A DNA stretch of 64,000 nucleotides from Schmidtea polychroa. Taxonomy: Eukaryota. The stretch spans positions 63,798,001 through 63,862,000 of the forward strand of contig CM097888.1 in the NCBI GenBank assembly GCA_044892525.1, written 5' to 3'. Positions 10,610-25,000 of this stretch are shown piece by piece. Under the pieces are notes generated by a model, which did not search any database, had not been told where the DNA came from, and saw only the letters and a program-made list of their open reading frames with translations. The translations under genes and the position numbers were made by a program. The stretch's first letter is position 1, and each line of letters opens with the position of its first letter.

Positions 10610-10768
10610 GAAGGGGAGAGTTAGATATCTGTTTGTAAATAATTTGGAATTGGCGGTTTTGCGAATTAATTAAAACTTGTTATTTAGAAATTCTTTGATT
10701 AAATATATATTGTTAGTTTCGAGATTTTTGCTGCAAATTTAAAGATGGATCTAAAGATGGATTTAACT
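10608..10768 (+). repeat. PPT (AAGAAGGGGAG, 10608-10618) and 3' LTR (10619-10768, 150 bp)
   Basis: Copy of the 5' LTR with a 12-bp tandem duplication TAAAGATGGAT(C/T); followed by the TSD ATAAT. Confidence 0.95.
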
Positions 10769-11451
10769 ATAATAAATATTATTTTTNNNNNNNNNNNNNN
10801 NNNNNNNNNNNNNNNNNNNNNNNNNNNNNNNNNNNNNNNNNNNNNNNNNNNNNNNNNNNNNNNNNNNNNNNNNNNNNNNNNNNNNNNNNNNNNNNNNNNN
10901 NNNNNNNNNNNNNNNNNNNNNNNNNNNNNNNNNNNNNNNNNNNNNNNNNNNNNNNNNNNNNNNNNNNNNNNNNNNGTTGTTAAAATTCTGACACTTGATC
11001 GAAAATTTTGAATAAATGTGACATATTTTTTCAATTTATGTAAAACAAAGTACACATATAAAACGCTAGTGAGGAATATTTATTATTTTCCTCCAATAAT
11101 AGTTCATCCAGTGTCTTCAACTGTTTAACTGAATAAACAATATAACGAACTAAATTAAGAGTAGCATAGAAAATTTTCCCATAAAGTAGAAGAATAGACA
11201 AGCAATATTTTATTGGAGTTTCAGAAAATCAGTATGTAAGAGTCAGTGTGTCTCAACAGAATTCTCCTGACTGATACAACCAGGTATAGGATATTCCTCA
11301 CGGCTTTCGATTTCTTTTTCAAAATTAAAGTATATAAAGCCTGACTTTTGACCATTTATTCAATTTTCAAGAATAAAAATGCTAATGGAATTTTTACAAA
11401 CAAATCTCTCTATCACAATTAAATGCAATTTGCATAATCTCTTTATTAGAT

Positions 11452-12290
11452 ATGTCTGATAATTATCCCGTTTCGTCGAATAAACACCCAGTCATTATTA
11501 AAGAACCCATAGAAGCCGAGCCAATAAGAAGAAATTCAATTACAGAATATTCCGGTTTAAATGTGGGCAAGTCTCCCAGTCACAGAGCCACCAGTAAATC
11601 CTATTCCAATTATAACCCAACACAATCTCATTCAGTAATACAATCTCCGAGAAATTCTCCAGTTAATCCTGCTGTTTTTGCAAATTCTCCGAGTGCAAGA
11701 AGTTCGTACTCTACAATGAATTCCTATCCTGGAGTTAACTCCAATCAACAGTATTTCCGTATGGGCTCAGCTCGATCGCGCGGACCCACTGAATATAGCA
11801 TAGAAAATAACACCAAACTCAATCGAGCATCAAGTCAAATTCTTTCGCCAAATCAAGAAAATAACAGCTATCATGACAACCGTTTAGAAGAAATTATTCA
11901 CGATCTTCAATGGGCTCTTCAAAAACGCAAACAAGAATTACATAAAAAGAACTCAATTATAAGTCATTTAGAAATGGAACTAGAAAATAGAAATTGTTTA
12001 ATTGCCAATCTTGAAAGAGAAAACAATCAATTACGAAGCATTTTTAAAAAGAAAGGAAACAGTAACAAACTTTCAAAAGTGTCAATGGATAATAATTACT
12101 ACAGAAAACTGCCACAGCCTCCTCCGTCCAGGCCTTCAAATTTCGGTGCTAAACTTAGCGTTTCTGTTTCAAAGTCATCTAAAACTGACAACAATAAAAT
12201 GAGAGCGAAACGAAATGCTATTTCTGGAGAATCTGCTAAATATCTAACGACAAATGGAATAACAATGAAACGTGTTGAAAAACCGATAAA
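11452..12290 (+). CDS. PRKG1: PKG coding exon 1: Ser/Asn-rich extension, leucine zipper, autoinhibitory site
   Basis: [44 protein letters not shown] coiled coil; [10 protein letters not shown] resembles PKG KRQAISAE; donor GTAAG at 12291. Confidence 0.88.
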
Positions 12291-15200
12291 GTAAGAAAAA
12301 AGAAATTAAAAATTTATGAAAATATTTACTCGTTTTCAAGTGTTTTTAAATATTTGTCCATATCATACTTTGATTATTTTTATTTTACTCAAGACAGTAC
12401 TAAGAGATAATAACTAAACAAAAATAATTCATTTCAAAATTTTTAACAATTTAATAAAGAATTTGGTTTATTATTTTTATGTGATTCCCATGACTGATTA
12501 GGAATTTCAAAGGAAAAATACAATGTTTTATTATAAAAGAACATAAATTGTTGTTTCAAGTCCATGTTCATATAAATTAGCTGAATTTATTTCCGTTAAA
12601 AAAAGTCAAAAATTTACCATTTGAAAAGTTAATCGAAAAATAATTTTGCTTCATGGGGATTTTAGTCGACTGACGTGTTATGTTAATTAAAAATAATATG
12701 ATTTTAACAAATTATCTAAAATCTTGAATTTATGGGGCGTAGGCGGAATTATTTCTGATTTTGGTGAATATCTCGACAGGTAAAAAGGTGAATTTAAAAA
12801 ATATATATAATTCATATTTTATCCTCATAAAAAATGATAATAGTTTAAGACCATAAGTGATTCTAGGAACATATTATTGGAACTCCTACAAATTTTGATT
12901 AATTAAAATTGTTGCTTTAAAATTTAGGAAATCTTAATGGAATCAGTGTCCTTGGTTTTTGGTAATAGCACATAAATTATACATAAATTACNNNNNNNNN
13001 NNNNNNNNNNNNNNNNNNNNNNNNNNNNNNNNNNNNNNNNNNNNNNNNNNNNNNNNNNNNNNNNNNNNNNNNNNNNNNNNNNNNNNNNNNNNNNNNNNNN
13101 NNNNNNNNNNNNNNNNNNNNNNNNNNNNNNNNNNNNNNNNNNNNNNNNNNNNNNNNNNNNNNNNNNNNNNNNNNNNNNNNNNNNNNNNNNNNNACATTCA
13201 GTTGTACATTGACCTTTCAAATCTCCAATGCTGTAAATTTTTTAATTCTTAAATACTTATTCTTTAAAACTGATTCATATTTAATACATTTCATCACACC
13301 CAATTGATTGTGACTCACATTTATCTTTTTTTATAAATGTTTTTTAAAATGATTTCTTCTTTACTTAATCTTTATGTCAATATTACGTATATCCTTAATG
13401 TAATTGCCTCAAGTGGTTCACAAATTTAATAATTTCATCATAACTGATTTGCGTGCAGTAATATAAGAATTTAGTTATAACATTGTTATACACTGTATAG
13501 TATAAAGAATTCCCATCCTATTTGTTTTACAAGCTTATTTTGAATAATGCTTAATTTATCATATGGTTTTTATTTTCATTTAAATATTTTAAGTTCTTTA
13601 TCACTGATCAATTATATATCTCCATTCTTTCAAACTATAAATAAATATATTACTTCATCATTTTGTAAATATTTAAAACACTAATAATTAAAAATACAGT
13701 TGAAAGTTATAATTTAAAAACTACTTTGAATGTGTTTTTATGAGTTGAATTTTCTTATTTTATGAATGTATTCTGCATTTAATCTTAAAAGGAATTAATC
13801 GTTAATTTTAATAATTGTTAGGATGCCACGACAAATGCGCATATTGAATAAATAATAATTTTCTTTTATATTTAAAATATTATTATAATAATTATATTAA
13901 ATGTTTTACAAAGATTTATTAACTGTCAATCATATTTATTTGAAAAATAATCGCTACAAATAAATTCATATTTACTGTTTCACAAAATTGTCTTAGGTTT
14001 CCGTTTTACAAAGAATATATTTCAAAGTAATAATAAAATTAAATAACGTAAAATAAAATAATAATATAACAGATAAAACATCAATTTAAATTATATTATT
14101 ACTAATAATATCAATTAAATATATTTAATTAATTTACATATTTTAAAAAATAATTTTCAACAATTAGCAGCTAATAAATAATAATTTGTATCAAAATTTC
14201 AAAAAAAGTTTTCCCTATATAGTGTTACTGTGCAATTAGTATTATTTCACACATTTATTATGAAAATGCGACAAGTTCAAATTTTGTTAAAATATTTAAT
14301 AATAATGTAAATTTATTATCCAATTATGTATATATTAAAGATGCCTGAAAAAAATAAAAATGTTTCTATACCAAAATAGATGCTGAGGATTTATATTTGG
14401 GTCGAGAATATTGTCATTATTATTNNNNNNNNNNNNNNNNNNNNNNNNNNNNNNNNNNNNNNNNNNNNNNNNNNNNNNNNNNNNNNNNNNNNNNNNNNNN
14501 NNNNNNNNNNNNNNNNNNNNNNNNNNNNNNNNNNNNNNNNNNNNNNNNNNNNNNNNNNNNNNNNNNNNNNNNNNNNNNNNNNNNNNNNNNNNNNNNNNNN
14601 NNNNNNNNNNNNNNNNAAAATAAGCCTTTTGCTGTAAAATATATTTTAGATGAAAAAACTTTGATTATTAGATAATTCTTTATCTACTTGTTTAACATTT
14701 AATTTATGATGCCTCTAAGAAACCATCATTTTATATTAAAAAATATTGTAAAATTGTTCTGATTATTTTCATGAATGTCAAAATTAAAATCACAAATTCC
14801 TGAAAATAATTTAATGAAAACAACAATAAAAGTCATCTAACTAGTAGAGAAATCGTTAGTTTTTAATTGGATATTTCTTTCTATAAATTCTTGACGCAAG
14901 AAGTAAAATCGAAGACATAATTCAAATACATAAATTTCAACTAAAAAGGCTTTTGAAAATGTTTTAAAGAAAGTGTCAAAAGGTAAACATAAAGTTGACT
15001 ACATTTTTGATTGCTGAATTACTGACTTTCGTTTATCTAAGCAAATCATCGTTTCATCAGCATGATTTGAAACCGATATTATCCTCTTAAGATTACTATC
15101 TATTTGTTTACTATCAAATTATTTTCAAAGCAATTCAATCTCTGTATATTTTCATTATTCGAGAATTTAATTGGGTTTAACATAATAGGAAGATGTAAGC

Positions 15201-18200
15201 GCACTGGTTCACTTAGATATGACTCATCGGCAAATTGATGAGCCATGGATCTGAGAGAGGTTGAGATAGGCTTGAAGTACTGCATCGAATAACTCTAGCT
15301 CCTGGACAGAGTAACATATGCCCAAGATTACATATTCGTAAGACAGAAAATGAGTCGTACTGCAATATGATGGCACAGAAGTTGTGATAAGGCCAAAAGG
15401 CACGACTGGTCCAGGGCATAAAGCAGTCAATGAAGGAAATTATCAGTCAAATTAAAATATTTTTAAACCAAAATATTTTACAGTTCATTTGACAATGAAT
15501 AATTCAAAACTTTTCAAAACCTTTGTACGTGATCTCTCCGCACACGATATCTCATTAGCAAGTGAGCCAGATGATTTAACACCAAGATGTTTAATGTTAC
15601 AGGGTTATTCTAAAATATATTTAAAATTATTTAACAATATATTTAAAATTATCTAACAATATATTTACAATTATTCAACAATATATTTAAAATTATCTAA
15701 CAATATATTAAAAATTATTCAACATTATATTAGAAGTTATTCCGCAATGTATTTAAAATATTCCAAAATTTGATAACTGATACAAGTTTCGAAAATTATT
15801 TTGAAGTCAGAAAATATTTTTATTTTATTTTGCAAGTCATTTCACACCGAAATATTTAACAAATTTATTTAACTCACCGTTTTTTAATTGCATTTAATAA
15901 TGAAAAATTTTCAAAGTCGAAACTTGTGACAAAAAGAAAACTTTGTCAATTTATAATTCGATTTCAAACTTTTAGATTCGAATTTGGAAAAATATTTTAC
16001 AAAATTTCAAATTTACTTTAAAAATAATGTCAAAAATATTTTTAGATATTTAATAGATTCGTTTCGTCACTATTTAAATANNNNNNNNNNNNNNNNNNNN
16101 NNNNNNNNNNNNNNNNNNNNNNNNNNNNNNNNNNNNNNNNNNNNNNNNNNNNNNNNNNNNNNNNNNNNNNNNNNNNNNNNNNNNNNNNNNNNNNNNNNNN
16201 NNNNNNNNNNNNNNNNNNNNNNNNNNNNNNNNNNNNNNNNNNNNNNNNNNNNNNNNNNNNNNNNNNNNNNNNNNNNNNNNNNNNNNNNNNNNTATTTAAT
16301 AAAGCTACTTCTAACATTTGACAGGAAATATTCAATTAAAATAATCAAACCATTTCTCTCCTAGTAAGATGACTTTTTAGTTGGTTTTATTTCATTAGAT
16401 AATTATGAAATTGTTGTGAGTTACTGTTACACCAACAGCTTTATGACATGTACCTTTATAAAAAATATTAAGTTAATTTTCCATATTATTTGATCACTTT
16501 TGGTGTTTGATACATTTTTTCCATTTCGAATATTAATATTGATGTTGTTACTATTCATTTATTCCCTTATGTTACAAATATAATTTGGAAAATCAGTCAA
16601 TTAGATTTGTATTGAAAACAAAATTTAAAAATTAGATTTACAAAACATTATACCAGAAAACGATCGCAAATATCAAATGAATATTTCAACAAAGTTGCTT
16701 ACAATGCCGAATTGTTCATAACAAACTGATTATCAAAATCCCAAACAATATAACCATTCAAAAGACAAACAATCAAAAAATAATTTAGCCTATAATATAT
16801 TCCGATATAAAAGATTGAAAAGTACACCACAAAACAGTCGGCAATTAAAAAATATTTGATGCACAGACAAATTAGTAGGGATAAATACTAATGCAAATCC
16901 CATTATTGGAAGTGCATGCTTCGTTTAATCTTAAAACAATTATCAATGGGACATTTTAAATATCTTCTGACGTAGATTAAAAATTACTGTAATTATTGTT
17001 AATATGAATATTCTAAATTTATTTTCAAAGTCCAGAAATCCAAAATTAATTTACAATAGATAAAAGCCGCTGAAATTCCATCATCGAACAAATCAACTAT
17101 AAAGTGACAAATGTTTTCAATTAAAATTAGATAGCTCAATTGAATTTCTTGATTGCTTACCTAAATAAATGTTAGGGAAAATAATTCATAATTTTATGAT
17201 AAATTTAAAAGCTCTAACATCTATGGTTCAAGGTGTTAATGTTCATAAATTTTATTAATAAATAAAGCTTTTCGCTGTATATTAAGTTAATAAAACATAA
17301 TAATTAAACAATGTTTAGGAATTACTTTATTACTCGAAGTTTGTTATTATTAACATTAGAACAGGTTTGTTTGAAATTATGAAATGTTTTGAAATTAAAT
17401 GAATGGAATGGAGTTATGTTATGAATGTTATGAATTTTCTTCCATATTTTTCCTTATTTTTGCTCTTCGATTCTCTTTATGAAAACTTTAATACGGACTC
17501 TATGTGTTCAGTAAATACCTTTGGATTTTTTGTATCCCATTTTAAATACAAAGATCTTAATATTTTGTTTTAATCTATTGCTTGACACATATTAACACAA
17601 GAAATTAGGAATACTAACACAAATGTATTTTAAATTTTATTCGATTTTTAAATCCGGTTTTTTCATGTATACTTTAGTAAATATTGCATTCACCAACATC
17701 CTTAAACTGTCTGGTTGCTCATTCAGAATTAATTATATTCTTCACATATACATTTATTAATTAACGTATATTTTGCACTTGTCATTTAGGGCCATGCAAA
17801 ATGCACAACGTGTAGCGCCCACTACTTTTTATATGCAAACCACATCGTTTATTGCGACGACTTAAGCTTTATTTACAAGTTGGTTAGACTTAAAGGGTTA
17901 TTCATCCTGATATGCACTTGTGTGCATCCTGATATTTTTGGAATTACTTTTAATTCCAAAAACTCGTTTAGTCTGGCCGCAGTTAAAGATCCGAGAAAAA
18001 TTTCATAGTCCACAATACAATTGGTAGAAATTGCAGCCAATAATGTAACATTTCTCCCTCTGTTTGAGGGGACGACTGTAAAGGCCTTTGAATTCAGCGG
18101 TGAATATTCGTAATGATTATTCACGTGTAAATTGAATCCCGACTCATCCAGAAATATTATTTTTTGATCCGAAATATTATTTAAATAAATTGCATAATGA

Positions 18201-21200
18201 TATCGTTCCTCAATAACGCGAGCGGAGTTTCGGTCTTGAGGTACCAAGATTAAACGTTTTCTTGAATAATGAATTTTTTTTATATCCCTCGAAATTGTTG
18301 ATCTCGAGGCCTCAATATTATGATTTTCAAGCTCTTTTTGAATATAATCTTGGGTGATTGTATTATCAAGGTCGATGAGGTCTTTGACTAAATTGGGTCT
18401 CAAATTGACCTCAGTTTTTCTCATAGTAGCAATCCGTTTTATATAAGGATTTTGAAACTCGACTATGTAATCCTTGCCATTTTTGTTGAGCTTGCTGATA
18501 ATGCTCAGGACTGTTCTTTTTGAAAAGGAATCCTCGTAGAAGCAAACTATTTCTTTGGTTGGCTTTTGCAGTTCTAGCATTTTTTGAACTGATGCGAGAT
18601 CCTCCTTTGTCACCATTCTTCTTTTTTTCGATTTGTTGATGATGACAAATTTTCATTATTTTCATTATTCATTTTAGGCCTTAAAAACAAAATTTAATAT
18701 TTATTAAATAAACACTGCCTTTTGATACTTTAAAAACAATTTAGGATGTTAATGAATATTCCGTAGTATAGTAACGCGAGTTTTAGTCTGATTAAATAAT
18801 TAAATTGATAATTTGAATTTTCAGAACTTTAACCGCCAAAAGCTTTAAAAAAAATTATAATTGAAATAACCAAAAAATTTGTTAGACATTAATTAGGCAG
18901 AAAATTATTTATTTATTTCGTCTAAGGCTATTTTGGTGCATATCAAGATGCACACAAGTGCATATCAAGATGCACACAAGTGTATATCAGGATGAATAAA
19001 TGAAGAAAATACATAAGATTATACGTTATTAACAATTAAAGTAATATTCTCATTAAATAATTTTATAACATATGTCAATAAAATACAAATTTCTCTTCTA
19101 AAGAAGAAATTATTTAATCTAAATAAACTTAAATGGATTCTTATAATCACTCATGCATAGTAATCATGATGAAAATTATAATTGAAAATTTGCAAACATA
19201 GTTTTGAAAGAAAAACACTGGAGTAAAAAACAACAAAGTAAATCTGTTAATATTTGATTTCTATTCAGGATGAATTTTGGTTTATTAAGAATTTAATTAT
19301 TAAGTATTTTGCTATTTTATCTGAAACAATAAGCATAAAATAACAAAATTCTAATGAAATATGATAATTTTTCTAGAATGATGAATCTGGTGCCTAAAAA
19401 TGAAGGCCAACCTTAATAATACTACAAATTATAAATTCATATTTAATTCAAATTTATTATGAAGATTTCAAATAAAAATAAAATTAATAATTAATAATTT
19501 TATTTGCTTGAAAATTTATTTGAGTATTACATAACATTCCCGTACAAAATGACCCATACTATCTAGATTCAACTTTTACCAAATATACAAAACTAACAAT
19601 ATATAACACCAATAAACCCAAAAATGAATATAAAAATTGTAACCTAAACCAAAAGTTAAAATCATGACTATCACAATTATTCAAAAAAATTTTCTTCTTC
19701 TAAAGAAAATAATTTAACATTTTTATAGAAAAATATTATAAATTCGAAAGAGAAATTAAATATTTATATGATGCTTTAATTTCATTTTATCTAAGACGAT
19801 TCTATTTTATAATTCTAAATATTAAAATAAGATATAATTTAATAACGGTATATTATCTCTAATAATATTATTTTTATACTTTTAGTTTAGCTATTTTTAA
19901 TGATAATAATTATTTGTATCGTTAAAATATTTATTATAATTAATATTATTATTAACATAATAAAAATTTCAATTTAAGTGAAATGAAAACTAACCACAAT
20001 TAAATTAATATCGACTGCAACTAATCACAGACATTAAAAACAATATATAAAAATTGTTTTCACTTAATGAGGTTTTTGACTCCGAAAATAATAATAAATT
20101 AATTATGTCCATTTAGTTTCGACGATAATTTAAACTATAAAGTTGAAAGTTTAAAACTATATTTAGAAACCTTTTACGAAGTATCAAATAAATTCTAAAA
20201 TGACTTTTATGAAAATGTTTTCGAAATAAATAATATTGAATTTTGGTAATTTTTGTTTAATTCCCGAACATATAAAGTTTATTATTATATTATAAACTAA
20301 CATGGTATTTTAATATAATTTGAAAATTAAATAGCTAACAATGCACAAAAATCTTTCACTAATTCTTCCTAAAAATGTATTAAAATTTATTGATCAGCAC
20401 AATTGGTTACATATTCACAAAATGATAAAACAATTTAAAAGTTTTTATCGACTCTTACTAGAACGACTGACAAGAAATAGCAAGTATGAAAACTTATGTC
20501 ATTCAACTTTTGTTTCTGATTTATATATTTCGGTACAATTAGATTGATAGTTTATTTAACTTTGATTTGACAGTTCCGCTTTTTTAACTCACAACTAAAA
20601 TACATTATTTCAACATCATTTTAAAACAATAATTTTTCAATATCTTTTTATACTATCCACTTCAATAATATTTCTCATTAAATAATATGTTCCCATCAAT
20701 AATTGTCACTGTCTGCTATTGCCTCTACTGTATATATAATTTCTCTATATTTCAAGGAGTTACGCTTTTAGTTCCAATTAACAGTGGTGTTTAAATTACA
20801 ACTAGAACAAATACATTGTTTTTCCATTTTTAATAATATTGCAGTTCTGGAAATCATCAGATTTATTTTGCACGTCTACAAAAGGTTTTTTTTCAAATTA
20901 TATTTTGTAACTAATTTTTTATTAATATTTTCGTTATTCTGATTTCATTTCTCACAATATTTTTCCTATTTTTCAATCATGAATAATAAAATTCTCCTTT
21001 AAATTTATTTCGTACACCACAACCATTTTACTTCATATTTATTAATTTTCTTTCTGACATCATTATCACATGAACAAATATTTTTAATCACATTTATAAT
21101 TTCGAATTATTTGACTGTTGTTTTCGGAATTCTAATTATTTACATATAATACATATTTTCAGGAATTATATTTATTTATATAATTATCCAGGTTTATTAA

Positions 21201-21982
21201 GTGAAAATATAAAAATTAAAATTGGTGGCCATTTTTGAATAAAATGTACAATATTTCAATTTGCTGAATTCATACGAAGAAATTTTTATAGTGGAAAATC
21301 TCTCAAAATATGATGAAACTACTAATTACAAATACAACATTTTGAATAGTTTTGTATACTATACTGAGCTATACTGAAGACATTTGATTTTACAGTTACT
21401 CAAATAAAGTAATTCAAATTAGAATTAATTCCTATTTTAATATTTAAATATTTTAAAATAAATAAAATAAATCTCAAAAATTAGATTAAATATTGTTTTA
21501 AAAGAAAACTACAGTAAAAGAAATTTGTATAAAGGAGAAACTATTATTTTTAAAATAATAAAATTTTTAATAAAAATTAATATTTATTAATAGAGTGAAA
21601 AATATATTAAATTAATTTTATTTTAAATCTTCAAAATTTAAATTTTGTTTTAAAACCATTCAAATTATTATTCAAAATAATTTTCCAATTTTTATTGATA
21701 AGTGATAGAAGCAATCTATTAATTCTAATATGACACATATAAAATTAAAAAAATGACAGACTATAATACCACTTATTTCAATAGATCGAAAGAGTTGATA
21801 AGAAGTGCAATTTATGACAATGACTATATGAAACACTTGGATCCAAGTCAAATAACTGAAATAGTGGAATGCATGAGTCCGGTTACTTACCACGAAGGCT
21901 CTTGGATCATTCAAGAAGGAGAAATCGGTTCTATAGTCTATGCACTCGAAGGTATTATTAATTGTATTAATTAAATCTTTAC

Positions 21983-22041
<59 letters not shown>

Positions 22042-25000
22042 TAATAATACATTTAATTTCTTAATAAAATAGTTTCTTTTATGGGATTTCATATAATATA
22101 TGTTTAAGTTACATCACAGTTTGAAAATTAAAATTAAATTGCTACGGAAAAATATAATATGAAATTTTAGTATTCTTAGAAATCAAGAAATAATTGGGAC
22201 ATTTAAGAAATAAATAAATTGCCCTATTTACTTAATTTTCAATAAATTTTCAAAATAGCAGCAAGTTGTAAAAATAATTTTCTTGAGTGAATTTAGGCTT
22301 TAACTTACTTCTATATTCTCCTTGAAAAATATAATTTTCCTAAATTTAAAAAAATTTCAAATTGTAGAGAAAATTGCCTCTTTAATATGTTATTTAATAG
22401 ATCATTAAAATAGTAATTGTATTAGATTTTTTCAAAGAAATAATAAATACTTCAATTATTTTATTTTATTTTCTCGAACAAATCATGCAGGCGTATTCAT
22501 TTACGATTATTCATAAAATCATTGTTTATGCATTGAATAAAATTAAAATTCATTTGAATTCAAAATTTAAAATTTTTTTAACATTTCAAATAAATGTTAA
22601 TTAATTAATAAAAGATATAGTAGAGCTTAGCTGTATATTTTAAGCTTTATTAGATCAGAAATTTTGAAATGAAATAATCTTTTCGATCAACAGAATTTAG
22701 CTGGAAAATTCACTATGTATTTTTAAAAAATATATAAACTGCATTCTAATTGTTTATAAATCTTATTTAAATTATATAAAATTTAAAATACAAAAATTTA
22801 AACTTAAAAACTAAAAACCATTTTAAACTTCAAAATTCATTTGATTATAATTATAAAATTATGAAAATTATTTCAGCCTATTAAAGTTAAAATATTTTAA
22901 TAAAATCAAAAATTAAACTGTTTGACAATTTTCCTTGCTTCTTCTTAAGAGTTGAGTGCATTAAGTTCGTCTTTGGTAAAAATTCTTTGTAATTTGAAAA
23001 TCTTTTAAGTCGTCACTGAATATAGTCTATTTTAATATTTATTTCTTCTTTGGATGACATTATTGTGCATGTCCATTAACCGATGATTTTCCATCTGGAT
23101 CCATGTGCTCATTATTTCTAAACACAAAATTCTAGAGGTGCTCCAATTATGTATTTCCTTGTATTCAATAAAATGTATTTGTAGAAGAATATTTTCTTGG
23201 GCCTTATATATTTTAAAGAAAACAGATGCAAACATTGAATATCACAGTTAATTTTTGAAGGTTCTAAACTATTTATTTTATAATCAAGAATTCCCATTTA
23301 ATAAAACTTAAAACTTACAGTAAATGCTTATTTATTTAATTACTAATTATTTAACATTTTAATTATGCTGCTACCAAGAAAACACTATTTTCTAATTTAA
23401 CTATAAAATAATATTTGCATTGTTTAAACAATTTATTTTAATTATTGTAATTTAGTAATCAAAAATAAAATAGAAAAATGATTTAAACAATTATTATTTA
23501 TTTCTAAATTACTTGAAAAATAAACCCATTTCCGGGGGATTCCATTTATAGTCCAATTGCATTTTATTTTTAAATGAATTTGTATAAAATATACGTTATT
23601 ATTTTAGTTATCAAAAATAAATCAAATTTATTAATTATAAAAATTAAAATAAAATCAAAAAAATTTATTAACAATCTGTTATGTTTTTAACAACATTTTA
23701 TGACCTGTGTATTTTTTAAAAGAATTAATTTAATATTACATTATAAAATATAGATTTTGATTAACCCTTAAATGCATGATGATGTATTTATACATCAGTG
23801 TATTTGTCCTTAAATAATTTCTAAACGGTAACTCAAAAACAGTATTTTTTGCTTTTATTAGGTGCTAAAAATATTTATCTTAGTTTCTGAACGCAAGCTG
23901 TCACAATATGGCAGTTAACTTTTTCAATTGTCAAAATTTGACAGCTTGGCGCAGCATTTTCTGTGTCAATTTATAGTATTAAAAAAGGAAAAATCATGCA
24001 TTTAAGGGTTAAATAGTTTTATTATTTACCGGATTTATTATAAAGTCAGACCTAAATTGAAATATTTGATATCTCATGTTAATCTGCATTAAAAAAACGT
24101 AAAGATTTTTTTTAAAGAGGGAATTTTTTAAATAAAAATAAATTTAAATAATTAAATAAAACAGCGATTTAAAATACTTTGTCAAAACACAATCTAGAAT
24201 TCATGTTTGTTTAAGGTGATTCTTATATAGTCGCCGGTAGGCGGGCAGAAACATTGCAGAGAAATTTATTCATACGTAATTTTTATAAAAAAATATATAC
24301 ATTTCAACTTATTTTCTATTTAGGTTTCTTCATTTCGCATCGGGCTGTTATGTTTGATTCCATTTTAATAGTATCTAAAATTTCATAATTGATATTTTTA
24401 TAAAATAATAATCTAATTTAAATAATTCAATTATTTATACAATAAAAATTCATACAAACTTAAAACAATGTTGTTTATTTTAATAAATAAATAAATTATG
24501 GGTGCTGGTTAAAATACCGATAAAGAGTATTTTTAAATAAATATTTTTAAATGAAGGTAATTCAAAACAGATAAAATTTTATGATGTTTTACCAGTATCA
24601 TGATTCTTTTTCTTGATCAGCTATTACATTTTTTCTCTTTATATTTTGTTCACCATAAATCAAACTGCAATATTATCAACAATATTATCAACCTTTTCAA
24701 CTAAATTCTTTATCTTCTATGTCAAGTTTCCAAAATGTTTTATGGTTTGAGCCATTATATTATCGTTAGTTTTACTAAAGTACAAGCTCTTACCTCATGA
24801 GAGTATTTGCAATCATCTGTTTGCAAATAATGTATTTTGCTTAAAAAAATAACCTTTCAAATGTTAAATATTCTATTATTTTAGGACCAGTAACACATGT
24901 CATTTAGACTTCTTTTGTTCAGCAGCAATAACATTAATGAATAAAATTAAAATAGATCTAATGAATTTTAGTTATAGATATCTCTTTGAATAGAATATTG

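Larger units (their letters stand above)
2594..10768 (+). mobile_element. Full-length Ty3/gypsy LTR retrotransposon (4690 bp without the nested hAT)
   Basis: Matching LTRs 2594-2731 and 10619-10768, ATAAT TSD (2589-2593 and 10769-10773), PBS, PPT and gag-PR-RT-RH-IN order. Confidence 0.97.

Noticed and set aside
16600-17110. Possible decayed retroelement RT remnant
   Set aside because: Only vague peptide resemblance; no diagnostic motif recovered.
24790-24850. Apparent 46-nt antisense exon with good splice signals
   Set aside because: It overlaps a decayed MITE-arm match (TGCAAATAATGTATTT) and has no partner exons.
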